This document shows, in pieces, positions 1 to 13,330 of a stretch of 64,000 nt of DNA. The stretch lies in contig NC_042999.1 of assembly GCF_006345805.1 (NCBI RefSeq), positions 88,164,001 through 88,228,000 on the forward strand. Reading direction: 5' to 3'. The notes beneath the pieces are model-generated. The model saw nothing but the letters and a program-made list of their open reading frames with translations. It was not told where the DNA came from and searched no databases. Source of the stretch: Octopus sinensis (lineage: Eukaryota). A program made the position numbers and the translations under genes. Position 1 is the stretch's first letter, and every line of letters starts with the position of its first letter.

Positions 1-559
1 TGAACAAGGTGTGTGTTCTTGATATACGTTGCCACTGGCTTGATAATTTTTATCTCATTTGAAAGTCATGTATTAACATGAATATTATTTTGAGATCGTT
101 TGAGAAAACGTTACACAATCTGTGTATAGTAAGTGTTTACGGTCATTAGAACCTTAATATAATGGTGTGAATGGTTTAATGAGCACCATGTTGTCCTTGT
201 TACTTCTATTGAAACATAGATCCCTTTTTACAATCTTAGGCAGTAGTTTTTACGTAAGCATGATGATGTAGCGGAACTAGTGAGGGTAGCAGCGAAAGTC
301 TTAAAGTGTTTGTTTTCCTCCCCCACATAAAACTGAATATCAATAGAGATATTCTTTTCATCTCTTCACGATCGTTAAACTTTTTCTTAGTAATTCACTG
401 GATTTAGTTAAAATCACTATAAACAATGGTTGGTAATGAGACTTTTATGAAGCATCAGATCAGAATCAAAAAAGCTCAGACTCAAACAGAAAGCATCATA
501 ATATAAAAATATTCAAAAGAAATATAGCTCTGCGTAATTTATTTTACGTAGAGAACACA

Positions 560-2150
560 ATAATTACACTTCTTCAGTTCCTTTTGAAAGGGCATGGATT
601 AACTCTTTTCGAGGTTCCCGCATAGCACATTCTAAAGTATTTCTAATAATAGATTGATTTGTAAGTAATCTATCTTTTATGGTCTTTGCTTTTAAATAAT
701 TAGTGTTTCTTGTTTTGACAAAGATCATTGTAAAGAATATTCTTTGAAACCATACTGAAAACTGTTGCATGATATTTAGATTAGTCATAAAAATTAAATA
801 AATCTATATACGTGTTTCTTTTAACTTATACGCCTGAAGTTAAACAGTAACTTCTCTATTGATTATTAAGACCTTTAGATTATTTTCTGACACAATGGAT
901 GGAAAATGAATTGCTCGTGGCATGACAAACGTATATACAGTGTGCTCATAAGCGATCTTTGGGCATGATATCTTAAATTTAGCTATAATCTCTCTTCACT
1001 GAAACGAAACTCTGTTGTCTGAATACTGAGTTCCATTAAGAAATTCAGATTATAAATCTTAACTCTTCACTATTTGTGATCTTGCTTTTCTTCCAAGATA
1101 AACATCATTAATATTTTTAGTAAATAGTTTCATTTCTTGAAACAATTACTTGTAATACAATAATCTTCAGTAATTCTTTTTCAATAAAGAAACAAAGGAG
1201 GTTCTGTATTCTGTATTAAATATAACATAAGCTGAAAATGCTCTGATCGAAGTTCAACTTCCAGTAAATTCACTGTGGCACGAATTGAAAGAATAGTAGC
1301 CTGTGTTTGATTCTCTGATTGATGATCACTTTATACATTTCCATGGCGTCATCAGCTTTGTTGATTTTCGATTCACTTTAGAAATAAAGAAGTAAGGCAT
1401 CAAGATGTTTTAATATCATTGTAGAAGCTGTTTCCCGTGAAAGTCATGTTTTGTGTAAGTTTAAGTATTTTGTAGCAAGTTGTCACAGAAATTTCCAGAG
1501 CCAGTGTTAATTCTCTTTAAATCGTTTCCAAAACACTTGAACATGAGTGATATATGCTGATAGTATGACTAATACAAAGAACAAAGGAAAATATACTTAC
1601 CTTAATAAAAACAGGAAAATTTTCTTTCAATAATTTCTAGAGACCAGTTTATCGTCCGGTGTGGATGAAGAATTATTGTTTGCGAATCAATTTTTCTAGA
1701 GGAATATTTCTTTTACGCAAGGTAAATTTGACAGCAATGTAAACTCCAATAACTCTTCTATTTTTGGCAGCAACAGTATCTAACATTGTATGTACAGTCT
1801 ACGATATCATGTTTATTCAAATCAAAATATCTAACAACTATATCCAAAATTTTGCTAACTTAAATGTCTCTACCTTCATAAATTGTGACAGAAAATTTTA
1901 TGCATTACAGATATCCGTTATTACTATCTCTCATGAAAGTCTATTTTTAACCTGAATAACATACGAAAGTTTCATTCTATCCATTCATAACTTTTCAGCA
2001 ATCTTACTGTCCGGAAATGCTCGCATACATATCGTTTGCATTGAAAATGTTATATTCTACAAACGATCCAACAATAAGCAATTCACATTTGGCTGTTTGT
2101 TCACTCCGTTGACTCTTTCGACTATAAATTGAGAAATATCTACACAAGAT
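560..2150 (-). pseudogene. Heavily decayed hAT-like DNA transposase relic
   Basis: Minus strand reads RAFPDSKIAEKL (FPDSKIA at 1997-2017) and, downstream, ILKHLDALLLYF*SE. These resemble hAT-group transposase blocks. Many stops and frameshifts; no TIRs found. Confidence 0.5.
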
Positions 2151-2695
2151 TTAGCCACATTAAATCATTTCTTTTGTTTGACTGAAGTTTTGCTTCATTT
2201 GTATGGATTTATTTATTTGCACATCTCAGGGTAATGGTGCAAAGTTTACAGTAGCTAACTTCTTTATTATTTTTATCTCCCTGAATCCAATCCTTAAAGT
2301 CAGGATTTTACAGTCATTCAACCATGAATTACTTTGAACTTATAATCTAAGAGCTTTAACCCAATACCATATTCCCTCTAACAATTTGTCTCTATATACC
2401 CATGTAAGAAAATATTTGATACTATATTGAACGGGTGTGGAAGCAGATTCCTAGTAATTTCCCTACTTTTTTATATAAAAGTAAAACAATCAAAAATCCT
2501 TCCACCAAAATAATATTTTTCCGTGTAATGAATTTATATCTGTTTTTCTCGATATATCATTTGTTTTCTGAAGTGCTATTGTGTGTTAAGCATTGCATTC
2601 AGTTATAGGTTTTTAAAGGCACTTTTGAAGTGATCGTTCAGTTTTTAATAATGGTAGTTTCATAACATACACATACGCACACACGCTCACACACA

Positions 2696-2868
2696 TTGTG
2701 TGGTAAGAGGCTTGCCTCCCAACCACATGGTTCCGAGTTCAGGCCCACTGTGTGGCATCTTGAACAAAGTGTCTTCTATATAGGCTCGGGCTGACCAAAC
2801 CTTGTGAGTGGATATGGTAGACGGAAACTAAAAGAAGTTCGTCGTATGTATATACACACAAACATGTA

Positions 2869-2929
<61 letters not shown>

Positions 2930-2953
2930 CATACGTGCACAAAGATACACACA

Positions 2954-3006
<53 letters not shown>

Positions 3007-3205
3007 TTATATATATGTAGTAGGTATGTATGTATATATCTATCTGTGCGTGTCTTTGCGTCTGTGTTTGTGCCCCCAACAGCGCTTGGCAACCAGTGCT
3101 GGTATATTTATGTTCCCGTAACTTAGCAGTTCGGCTAAAAAACCCTTCAAGGTTGTGTTCCTCATGACCGCAGTCAAATGACTGACACAAGTAAAAAATG
3201 TAAAT
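2696..3205 (+). mobile_element. SINE family A copy (tRNA-derived head, internal TA/CA microsatellite, second half partly deleted)
   Basis: Homologous by eye to the complete copies at 47702-48104 and 56135-56548 (aaccacatggttcc..gttca; gtagacggaaact; ccgcagtcaaatgactg tail). Confidence 0.85.
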
Positions 3206-5160
3206 GAATAATATAGCAACAACAACTCTTCCTTTACCTAGCATCAGGAGTATTCAAGTCCATTGTTTTCCGGATAGCAAGTGGAATTTGCTTAAACAAC
3301 TCTACTGAGAATCGAAACGTGGCAGAAGTTCAGAGCAGCACATGTTCATGATTCTTTGAAACTAAACTGTCATACACGTGTTTCTTAAATGTATTAAGCG
3401 TCTGTCTTCGGAGTGACCGCTGGGTAGTTACCTTGCCTCCCTAGTAATAAGGCAAATATGTGCTTTCAATCCGCTTTGTCCTGTTATGCAATTTAACATT
3501 TCCTCTTAGTATTCAATATATCCAACATCCTTCATTAATAACTATACTTATCAATAGCCATCTCAACTCACAAAAGAGACAGCAAGATAAAAAATATATA
3601 CATAATGATAACAGCGTTTTAAATAATTAGATACACTAACAGGCGAAGTTAACAATAGAAGTACTACATTGGATTGCTGACCCATTCTCCGATCTCATAA
3701 CTACGCTAAATCAGGCTAAGAGTCGGTCAATTATTTTTAGATTTTGAAACCCAAGAATAAACTCCAGTAATTTTTCCCAACCTTATCGACAACTTGATAA
3801 GTTGCCATTACTCTTCTGATGCTTTCTCTGACTCTAAATAAAGTGAATCTATTTTTATCATCGACTAAGAAATGGTAAAATTAATGTAGAAAACACTGGT
3901 AGGATTAAAGATTTTAGACAATTTTATTTTCTCATTTTGTTCTATTTCTACAATTCGCTTTTTATATTCAGTACATCGTAGAGCTCAGTGAATATGAAAA
4001 CGAGCCAATACATTGAATGTTTGTGATTGCTAATAAATAAATTTTAAAGGACAGAAAGCTGGCAGAAACAGTGCATTACTGCCATGCAGTATTTTGGTTG
4101 CACCCTCAGTCTACCAAGTTCAAGTTCTCAACCTATCTGTACTTATCCCAGTTATGAAACCAACATATACAACGGCTTAATTCTAGCTTAAGCTTTTCCA
4201 TGAAAACAAACATAAGAAAAATCAACTAGATATTTAACAACTCCAAGTTATTCGAATAAATGCCACTTTTATTCTATCTTTTTGCTGCAAGCATATGTAG
4301 CAAGCAGCAGCTCCTTCCCAGATGTCGGAGCAATACGCCATTGTGAATCCTAACCTGATATTTGCAGAGAGTATTTGCTGTCGGGCAGCAGGAAATATTT
4401 ACTGGTTCTGCAGAAGAAGGCTAAACTTTCTGATTCAGTTTTAGGTATGTTGAGGATGTGCGCATGTTAGGAGAGACCCTTTATAATTGTAATGTCTACA
4501 GTATGCAGTAGCTTGAAGATTTCGGTTGTGGCTTGTTAAATTTAATAGCCGGGATATTTTGTTGTTTTTGATATGGTGATTCTGTGCTGTTGAAGAATGA
4601 ACTGTTTAAAAATGAACATTTTAAAGAATATTTTCGGTGGCTTTGTAAACAGAATAAATGAATTGCAAATAGTCTTTAGACTGCATGTAGATGATGCTTG
4701 AGTACGAAACTTTAGTTGGAATGCAGAACCTTATCATCTACATAGGCATGAACACAGTCAGAAATAAAGGTATGTAGTTTAATGTAGCGTATAGTAGATT
4801 TATGTCACGATAGAATGTGTGGAATAGATGGATTACAGAATACATTTTGTTCTTTTGGATTCATAATTTTTGATATATACAGACATTTCTTCATATTCTC
4901 TTCGCTGCTATTGAGAGAGTAAAATTTTGTAGTTTACTTCGTTACAAATTATTGCAAGAGAAATTTGAAATTTCAGTACTATTAATGTTCTAATATTTGA
5001 ACTTAGGAATAGAAATATATGTGGAAACTGGAATACCTGAAACGATCAGAGAAGTAGCAAACAGTAACATTATTCAGAATGGAAAATGATTAATGCTTCT
5101 TGTGTAAGATTTGTTACTTATTGCATTATTTACATTATTTACATTTGACGGATATTTGTT

Positions 5161-5206
5161 AACACAACGTTTCGGCTGATATACGTTCCAGCCTTCATCA
5201 GGTGTC
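5161..5206 (-). ncRNA. Minimal type I hammerhead ribozyme motif
   Basis: Minus strand: GACAC CUGAUGA A GGCUG(gaacguauau)CAGCC GAAA C G U U GUGUU. Core intact, 5-bp stem II, palindromic ACGU stem III, 5-bp stem I. Confidence 0.8.
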
Positions 5207-5254
5207 TTGGGGAAATTTCAAACCTGGGTTCTCATTCTTAAGGTATTTTTCGAT

Positions 5255-5294
5255 GTTATTATTATTATTATTATTATTATTATCATTATTATTA

Positions 5295-5339
<45 letters not shown>

Positions 5340-5451
5340 CATCATTATTATTATTATTATTCAGGTCACTGCTTGGAACTGAACTCGGAATCTTGGGGTT
5401 AGTAGCCCGTGCCCTTAGCCCTATGATTACGACTTCGATTCCGAGCAGTGA

Positions 5452-5520
<69 letters not shown>

Positions 5521-5524
5521 CAAC
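5255..5524. repeat. (TTA)n and (AAT)n microsatellites inside the foldback
   Basis: TTA tract ~5255-5361; AAT tract ~5456-5524. Confidence 0.95.
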
Positions 5525-5570
5525 ATCGAAATATCTTAGGAATGAGAACCCAGGTTCGAAATTTCCCCAA

Positions 5571-5616
5571 GACACCTGATGAAGGCTGGCGGGTATATCA
5601 GTCGAAACGTTGTGTT
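5571..5616 (+). ncRNA. Minimal type I hammerhead ribozyme motif
   Basis: GACAC(5571-75) CTGATGA(5576-82) A GGCTG..CAGTC GAAA(5604-07) C G T T | GTGTT(5612-16). Predicted cleavage after 5611. Confidence 0.8.
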
Positions 5617-8224
5617 AACAACAAACAAGAGGTCAAATATCCGTCAAATGTAAATAATGTAAATAATGTACATAATTGCTCATCTCTTAAATATAGAACT
5701 GTATTGTTACTTATTAGTCAAGGGATTATAATTACGTGTAATCTTGTCATGGTCATATACATACGTACATACACGTAAATATACATGCATACATATATAC
5801 ATACATAAATATGTGTCCATGCGTGTCTATGTGTGTGTGGTGGGGTAAAGCAAACAGAAAAAGCAACTGCGTGAGTGACAGAACTGCAGCTATCCCCGCC
5901 TATGATAAACCTTCCGTGTGCAGTCAAAATGAGGCAACTACAGAATCATCGGGATTTTATTGTGCCAGATATGTATGTTATTCTAATTACCGCAAGAAAA
6001 GAAGTTCTAGTCTTGATTTGTACCAGGTTCACATAAGAGTAAGAGTGATCTGCGCCGGTCGACTAGCTTCATTGTCATATTGTTGACGTCTTATTATTTA
6101 GCAGTTTCAAGATAGGACAAGGCGAGCCAAGGCGGGGGAAAGCAGGTCAAAGCTAGCCAAAGCGGCTCAGTGCAAGACAAGGCGACTAGAGCGGTATCAG
6201 GAATGGAATAGTCACTTAGAACAATCCTTACGCTACACCATAAACCGAGTTATGCATTCCATAGTGACATTGTCCGCATGCAGACAGCTCGTTTACTTGC
6301 TTCAGTCACTACATAGGTGAAAGTTGGTTATCAGATGGGAAATAGTGGCACATGAGATGCCCTGAAAAGAAACTGACGAAACCCGGGATATGGGCACTAT
6401 GCATCTCTGATATTTCATATTCTCAAACGATGGAGCTTGTATGTGGTCTTTTGAGCTGTTGAAAATAGTAATACAATTCCCACTATTCCCGTCTTACTAA
6501 ACCTATTCTAAACAAAATGATGACTAAGATTACTTTGGATAATATCAGATATACATTTGATCGTTGATAGGTCTGCTAGTAGACCAGGGTTTATCTGAAA
6601 CTAAATAAGGACAACATCTAAGTAATATGAGATCAATCTGATCAATGGAGTATTAGAAACTGTTGACTGCTGCTTTTAGTATACCTCTGGTGCCAACATT
6701 GCTTTTCTTCTGGGGCTGGTAGAATAAATTCCGATAATGTATTTTCGTTGATTCAATCTACCAACAACAAGGTAACTTTATGTCAATGTAAAAACCAATT
6801 ATAGGATCAGTTGTATTAATTTAGTAGTAAATAGAAAGAAAATATATGTTTAGCGTTTGTGAATGAGTCTAGATTCTTCGAATTCGAAGAGTAAGAAAAT
6901 ACGATCTTTAATTCGTTTTGATAGAGCAATTGTTTTGAAAAAAATTTCCGAAGTTATAGATCATGTAAAGAATACCTCGTACAGAGAATTCTAAAACAAA
7001 TTCCTTTTCCGTTAGAAGAAAAAGCTAATAGGAATATATTCCAGTATCATCACAGAAGTTTCTAACGAAGATAAATGGATCTTCAGAACGTATCATCTTA
7101 AAAAAGAAAGCAACAAACTGGACCATTGACCTCTGAAGGAAATTGTTTCATTCTTCTAATATTGGGTGTGTTTTATGCATATGTATATATATAGATAGAT
7201 CTTCAGTCAAGTGGCTATTTAAAGCTTCTACATCCGGATCAATTTCCTTACCGCTGCATGTTCTAACCTTTCTTCCATTTCCCATCATCCAAAAAGTTAT
7301 CTTTTAGGCTCGCACTTGTACAGAACTGCAGCAAAAACTGAATGTTAGTAACAGCTTGCTATTAATAAGTGTCACTACCAATCTCACTGATTTATCTATA
7401 CACTTCTCTGGAGATAAATAGATCTTCTGATAATTTCCTACAGTAGAGAGTGGCAATGGTGTATACAAACAGACGCATACGTTTATAAAAACACTTGTCA
7501 ACACATACGCATACACGCACACATAATACAAATATGCACACACACATGCGCACACATACGAAATGAATGATAAGGTATATCTTCAGTCTCATTTAATTTA
7601 ACAGGCTTAACAGATAGGTTTTTAATGGCATTTTATATACATTATTCAGTATAGATCGATAAACATGGTTTATGGATTGCATTTAATATTCCATTCAACT
7701 AACTATATTTAACTTTATGTTGCTCAACGTTCGTCTATTTTATTAAACTCCATTATACTATACTGTTGTAATCTACAATCATTTCTAGTCTTGAATAGAA
7801 GGTTTAATCCTAGATAGTGAGAATTTGTATTGGAACAAATACAAAATTTCCGAAAAGCCAAGACTGTGAGTTAAACTCAGTCATCAGTTGGGAACGTTGA
7901 ATATATTTACTATGTTAATACTTAATTAATTTTAATTCTAGCTTCCCGAAAATAGACATGCAAATAAGAAAAAGCAGGCCAGTTGAATCTGCGTTATACT
8001 TTCCTTCCAAACGGAAAGCCATCTCATTTCAGTTATGTCATTAATAACCAAGAGAAAGATATGATCACAACATAATTCATTCCTCATCATTTAAAATGTA
8101 TAAATCTTTGTTTAGTTTAATGGAAACCAGCATTTGCAAATCATAGCAGAAACCAAAGTAATTAAGTAATATCCTGAGGTATCAGATATCAACATTTATA
8201 CCAACATATTCACACCTACAAATA

Positions 8225-8334
8225 TGTATATGTAAGTATGTATGTGTATGAATGCTTCTATTATTTATATACATGTATGTGCATGCATGTATGTATACAT
8301 GCATGTGTGTATTTATGTGCTTGTTTGTGTGTGT

Positions 8335-8374
<40 letters not shown>

Positions 8375-8415
8375 GTATATATATATGTGTATATATATAT
8401 ATGTATATGTATATA

Positions 8416-8479
<64 letters not shown>

Positions 8480-8577
8480 CATATGTATATACATATATAT
8501 ATATATGTACGTATACATGCACATGTGTATTTATGTGCTTGCTTGTATGTGTGTGTATGCATACATACATACATACA

Positions 8578-8658
<81 letters not shown>

Positions 8659-8660
8659 TC
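8225..8660. repeat. Compound (TA)n/(TG)n/(TACA)n microsatellite
   Basis: Direct inspection. Confidence 0.95.
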
Positions 8661-8749
8661 TTACACACAAAATAACGTAGTCAGCTGTAAGCAATGTAAA
8701 ACCATACATACATAAGAACATGTAAACATGTATATGTATAAACTTTTAC

Positions 8750-9690
8750 CGATTGTATGCCTGCAGCATAATACAGATTAGAGTGGAGGGTTTTGGAAAA
8801 TACATACACGTGTTGTGCTCTTTGCATACAGTCAGCCAGGTTCTTGTGTCCAGCTCACTCTTTGATATCGTCGATCTACAAACGTCTTTTACAACCTCTC
8901 GCTTTTTCCCCTTAACACTTCTCAAGTTTTGGCCAGTGATTCGTGTTGTATTGTATGCTCATATATTCGCGCTATGTGTCCTTCCATTTCCATCTTTTCT
9001 AGCTCTGCAGTATTTGTTACACTATCCATCCACCTTATTCTGCACAATCTGCAAAAGATTCACATCTGAAAGGCTTATAACATCTCCATTGCTGTATACA
9101 TTGTTTAAGCTTCTGCCTCTTAGAGGACAATTGACACAATGCATAAGATTACTAGCCCCAATTTTACATGCAGTTATGTCTTTTGAAGTGAAGGTCTATC
9201 ATTGTTTTTGCCTTAGTTCTTATCTGAGTACCTACCTGATCTATTATTTGTTGCTAAATATTTAACGTATTTTTTTACATATCCAAACTTCTTTGCATCT
9301 GTCTTAAAATTAGCTTCTTTTTTTCTTTTCTTACTATCAACTATTGTCTTTGATATTTCAGTATTCATAAAGACGGTGAGATGGCAGACTCGTTACTGTG
9401 CCAGGAAAAATGCTTAGCGGCATTTCTTCCGACTTTACATGCCATTAACTATAAGTCCTTTGATTACATTTGACTCACGAAATATATACCAAGTATAGAT
9501 ATTGAATAGGTACAGTGATAACACACATCTTTGTCTTACATTCCGTTTTATCCCTGCTACTTATAACAATTCCTGTTCTATTTTATAGATTTTGAATAGG
9601 TACGGTGATAACACACATCCCTTGTCTGACATCTTGTTTGATCTCTACTAGTTTTAACAATTCATGTTCTATTGTGATGGTTGTCTGTAT
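8750..9690 (-). pseudogene. Decayed RTE-clade LINE, 3' part of the RT ORF
   Basis: Minus strand: VRQG.CVLSPYLF (~9596-9640, RT motif), FCRLCRIRWMDSVTN (~9010-9060) and remnants of the RTE C-terminal GHIAR and GK.RG blocks. Many frameshifts. Confidence 0.7.
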
Positions 9691-12329
9691 AATTCATTAT
9701 AACTTATATTTCGGGTGAAGGTTTCATTTACTTTCATCCGTCGTCGATGTGGTGGCCATGTCTCATACAAGGCTAACAAGGAATTGATAAACTAAGGATC
9801 GTAGATGTAAAGCATGGTGGATAATTTTAAGTCACGGTTTAACAAGACTCATTTATCCAGTGTCTCACACGTAGCCGAATCCTTTTCAATGTTCAAGATG
9901 ATCTCAGAATATAGGAATCAACCGGTGGTGACGTATCAACTGCAATTCACAACAGAATCCACTACGTCTGATCCCTTGAATATGTCCATTTAATTCAAAA
10001 TAAATATCTCCTGGAATGAATGTGAATATCCATTTTGTTTCTTGTAAATCCAAAAGTAGTACACTTACCGCAGAAGAGATCCAATATTTTGAAATATTTT
10101 ACACCAAGTGAACCAGAAAGTCAGAATTACCTGCGTACAATAAACTGCGGATCAGAGTTATAAATGTTTCCGATAAAGCTTTAAAACGATTTAAAATAAA
10201 GTCTACTCGTGCAATTTCAGAAGGTCAATCATGCCTGCAAAGCATATGGAGATTAAATTTCTTGACGCCTTACTCCACAAAGATCGGTTCGAGCAGGCTA
10301 GGTCCTTAAGTAGAAGTGATTTGGGGATTTAAGGATAAAATTTTCCTCTGTCAAATCATGTAAACCTACAGTATTTTTATATCTTTTAAGTCTAGATAGC
10401 TTCAGAACAATTGAATTACTCAAAAGTACTTTTTATGTTTATTTAACTTGCGCATCTATATGCTTATTCATACAAAATACATATGGGGTCAGTTGGTGTG
10501 TGTGTTGGAGTCTCTACCCTTCCACCGTTACCTGTTATCTATTATCGTTTCATCGCTACTTTCACGTGATTTCTTTCTCTTGCCCTCCTTCATATGCCGC
10601 ATGTCGCCTTGACATGTTTTAAATATATAAACTGACACTCTACATTAAAAAAACATTTTCCCTAACACGTTATGTATGTATGCGTACGCTCGTGTATTGT
10701 TTACACAATTCTTGTTCTATGTTTGTGCATCGTTATAGTTTTATATTCCCATAACGACATATCGTAAGACCGTAATCCCGCAGTCGAAATCAACTTATTT
10801 TTCACATAGCAATTTTATCTTATTTTTTATCTGCCACCCCTGTTTGATTTGTAAACCGTTATACATATTTACGCGCCTACTCATACATGTGTATGCATAT
10901 ACTTCTGTGATGTGTGTGGGCATGCGCCTGAATGGGTGCATGCGTGTGTATCTCTACATTAGTTTTCGTTTGTGTGTATATATCGTCTGCAATAATACTT
11001 CTCACTTTACGGGTACCTTGCTAATCATGAAAGTTGTTATATCACTTTCGGTTTTAGCTACAACTGTTACTGGACACTGCAACATTTGTAGAAGTGCTTG
11101 GAGTATTGATGGTAACACCATAATTCAATGAGTTGTAGGTGGTTTAGCTGATTGAACTACAGGAATATTCATCGCGGAAACCAAGGAGAAAATTAATTTA
11201 TTGTTTCTTTGATGTAATATAGTGTTGAACATAATAAAACATTGCATATACTTATAGAAATTAGAGTGATAATAATCCAGTGAAGTGTCAAATTACGAGA
11301 AGGATATTGACGCAAGAATTTTCTAAATAATAATAATAGTCAAGTGAATAATTCTCACAATCATTTTTTCTTCTGGTCTTTTTACAGCAACAATAAAAAA
11401 CAAGAAATGCTGAAATTGTTTCTTTTGCTTCAGCTGGTTTGAGGTAAGCATTTAAAGTTTCGGTTCAGTTATCTAAACGTCCAAAATAAAGTTCGGGTCA
11501 TTCATTGATTAATATATTCCGTTGTTTTTAATATCTTTTTTTTCTTTTTGGTTTTCTTTTGGTCTTTCTCAGAACTTCAGCTTATAACATATTTTCGTCC
11601 AGAAAATAAAATAAAACACATATATACAGAAATATTAACATAGTTATAAGTATATATTTAAATAATTAATATCAGTATATAACTATTCTACTGACTAACC
11701 ATAAAATGTATATTTTAATGCTAAAATATTTAATCAATGGAAATGATTTTATAAATCTACCAGCATTCAGCAGAGTTACACATATGTACAGCTCTGACTA
11801 CATTATATATATATAAAGCATGGAAACACTTCATATTTGAAGGATATTGTGTTATCATGTGGTGCTGCATTAAATTCAAAGCTTCTCAGGAATACTACTT
11901 GAAGAAATATCGTCTTCGATTGACTGACTTGCTCTATATACACTTCACAAATCTTAACGTGATGCCTGTACCACCCTATGAGTAATACACATGTATAAAT
12001 ACACATACACTTACGCGAAGAAACATTCACATTGTGGTAGTAAATCTTATTTTAAGAAACTAGTTCTGTATTATCTTGTATAATCTTTTTTTATGACAAT
12101 AGCCTTGAATCTGCTAATCTTTTTTCTAAAATGTCAGTTGGTCTTCCAAATACGATGAGCACATAATTCTCAAATATATTTATTGACACAATGGAAGTGT
12201 AATAACTTCTATTGTCAACGAAAGCTAATTGAATCTCTTAGCTGGCCTCTATATTTCCTCATTCTATTTTGTTCTGTATTTTATATAAGGCGAAACGGAA
12301 AAGGAGACAGTTTTATTTTCTAAATTTTA

Positions 12330-12775
12330 GGTCTAGAGGATGGGCTATACTCAGAGCCTTCGTAAATCCTTCGAGACCAGTGATGCGATTAATGTTCCCT
12401 GTGAACTATTGCAAATGAACACCTTAGAGGGACACATGAACAAGGAAGGAAAACCAGAAGGCTGTATAGTGGTTAGTATGGAGCTTGGTGGTAGTGTATA
12501 AAATGAAGAAAGTAGAGTTGGTATGGTAATTCCTGAGAAGAGAAGGCAAGATCCCAGCCAGCTTCGAGAAGCAGATGTTATCATAGGCGTAGTAAAAAAG
12601 ACAGAGACAAGTGAATGTATGCTAGTTAGTGAGACAGGGACTGCTGCGTGTCTGTAAGTGACCTTGTGCCAGTCGTTTGAATGACCTGGAGTTCAATGTA
12701 TGCAACAGGAGCACCGCCGCCCCAGGTATAGAAACTGTTGTGGGCTACACTTGAGCTTTGTGGAGTATCAATAAT
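12330..12775 (-). pseudogene. Decayed CR1/L2-group LINE 3' fragment
   Basis: Minus strand shows KAQV..TWGGGAPVAYIELQVIQ and later degenerate C-terminal blocks like those of CR1-group RT ORFs. Broken frame. Confidence 0.5.
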
Positions 12776-13142
12776 TTTTGTAGACTTGCGAATAATTTGA
12801 TGGTGTGTAGTCCCGAAATCGAACTTTAGCTGAGAAAGTAACTTTAATACATATCAGTTTAAGAATGTTGATGATATCACAATATAAATCCTTCAAGTTA
12901 TATTATGGCATATATTAATTCTTTATACTGGTTAGTGATAATCTCTAATTAATATCTGCTAATTGCAGCTTAAGCCAGGAGCAATGTGCAACATAACCTA
13001 ATGTGTTTTCTATAATGTTGAGAGTGTAATTATAGATGCAAGATATTTCGAATGCTGGGAAAAACAAAGTATACAACATACGTCAGTACACGCCAGCATC
13101 TCCACAAGTAAAACTGATGCTGTTGTTCTATCGTCCTTCTCA

Positions 13143-13143
13143 G

Positions 13144-13174
<31 letters not shown>

Positions 13175-13198
13175 CACTACCACCACCACTACTACTAG

Positions 13199-13231
<33 letters not shown>

Positions 13232-13248
13232 CACCACCACCACCACTT

Positions 13249-13287
<39 letters not shown>

Positions 13288-13330
13288 GCATTGTTGTTGC
13301 TTGGATTACTGCTTGAGGTACTACTACTAA
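13143..13330. repeat. (CTA)n/(CCA)n trinucleotide microsatellite
   Basis: Direct inspection; explains the poly-L/P/V ORFs. Confidence 0.95.

Larger units (their letters stand above)
5123..5703. mobile_element. Foldback (inverted dimer) of a composite element: tRNA-like head + (AAT)n + hammerhead-bearing tail, flanked by 12-bp TSD
   Basis: Direct repeat TTGTTACTTATT at 5111-5122 and 5704-5715. The arms (~5123-5380 and ~5440-5670) are reverse complements, including CAGGTCACTGC/GCAGTGACCTG, the TTA/AAT tracts and the ~130-bp tail. Confidence 0.85.

Noticed and set aside
1330-1360. CUGAUGA..GAAA on the minus strand
   Set aside because: 1-bp stem II and no stem I; lies within the hAT-like coding relic.
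5361-5425. Real tRNA genes at SINE heads (also 27322, 38175, 47702, 56470)
   Set aside because: A/B boxes are present, but acceptor or anticodon stems are incomplete and the sequence runs into SINE bodies.
6355-6400. Hammerhead-like CCTGAAAA..GAAACCCGGG
   Set aside because: Core is mutated, there is no stem II, and the register cannot give an NUH triplet with stem I.
8753-9265. 170-aa plus-strand ORF as a host gene
   Set aside because: It is antisense to the RTE RT relic and shows no protein motif.
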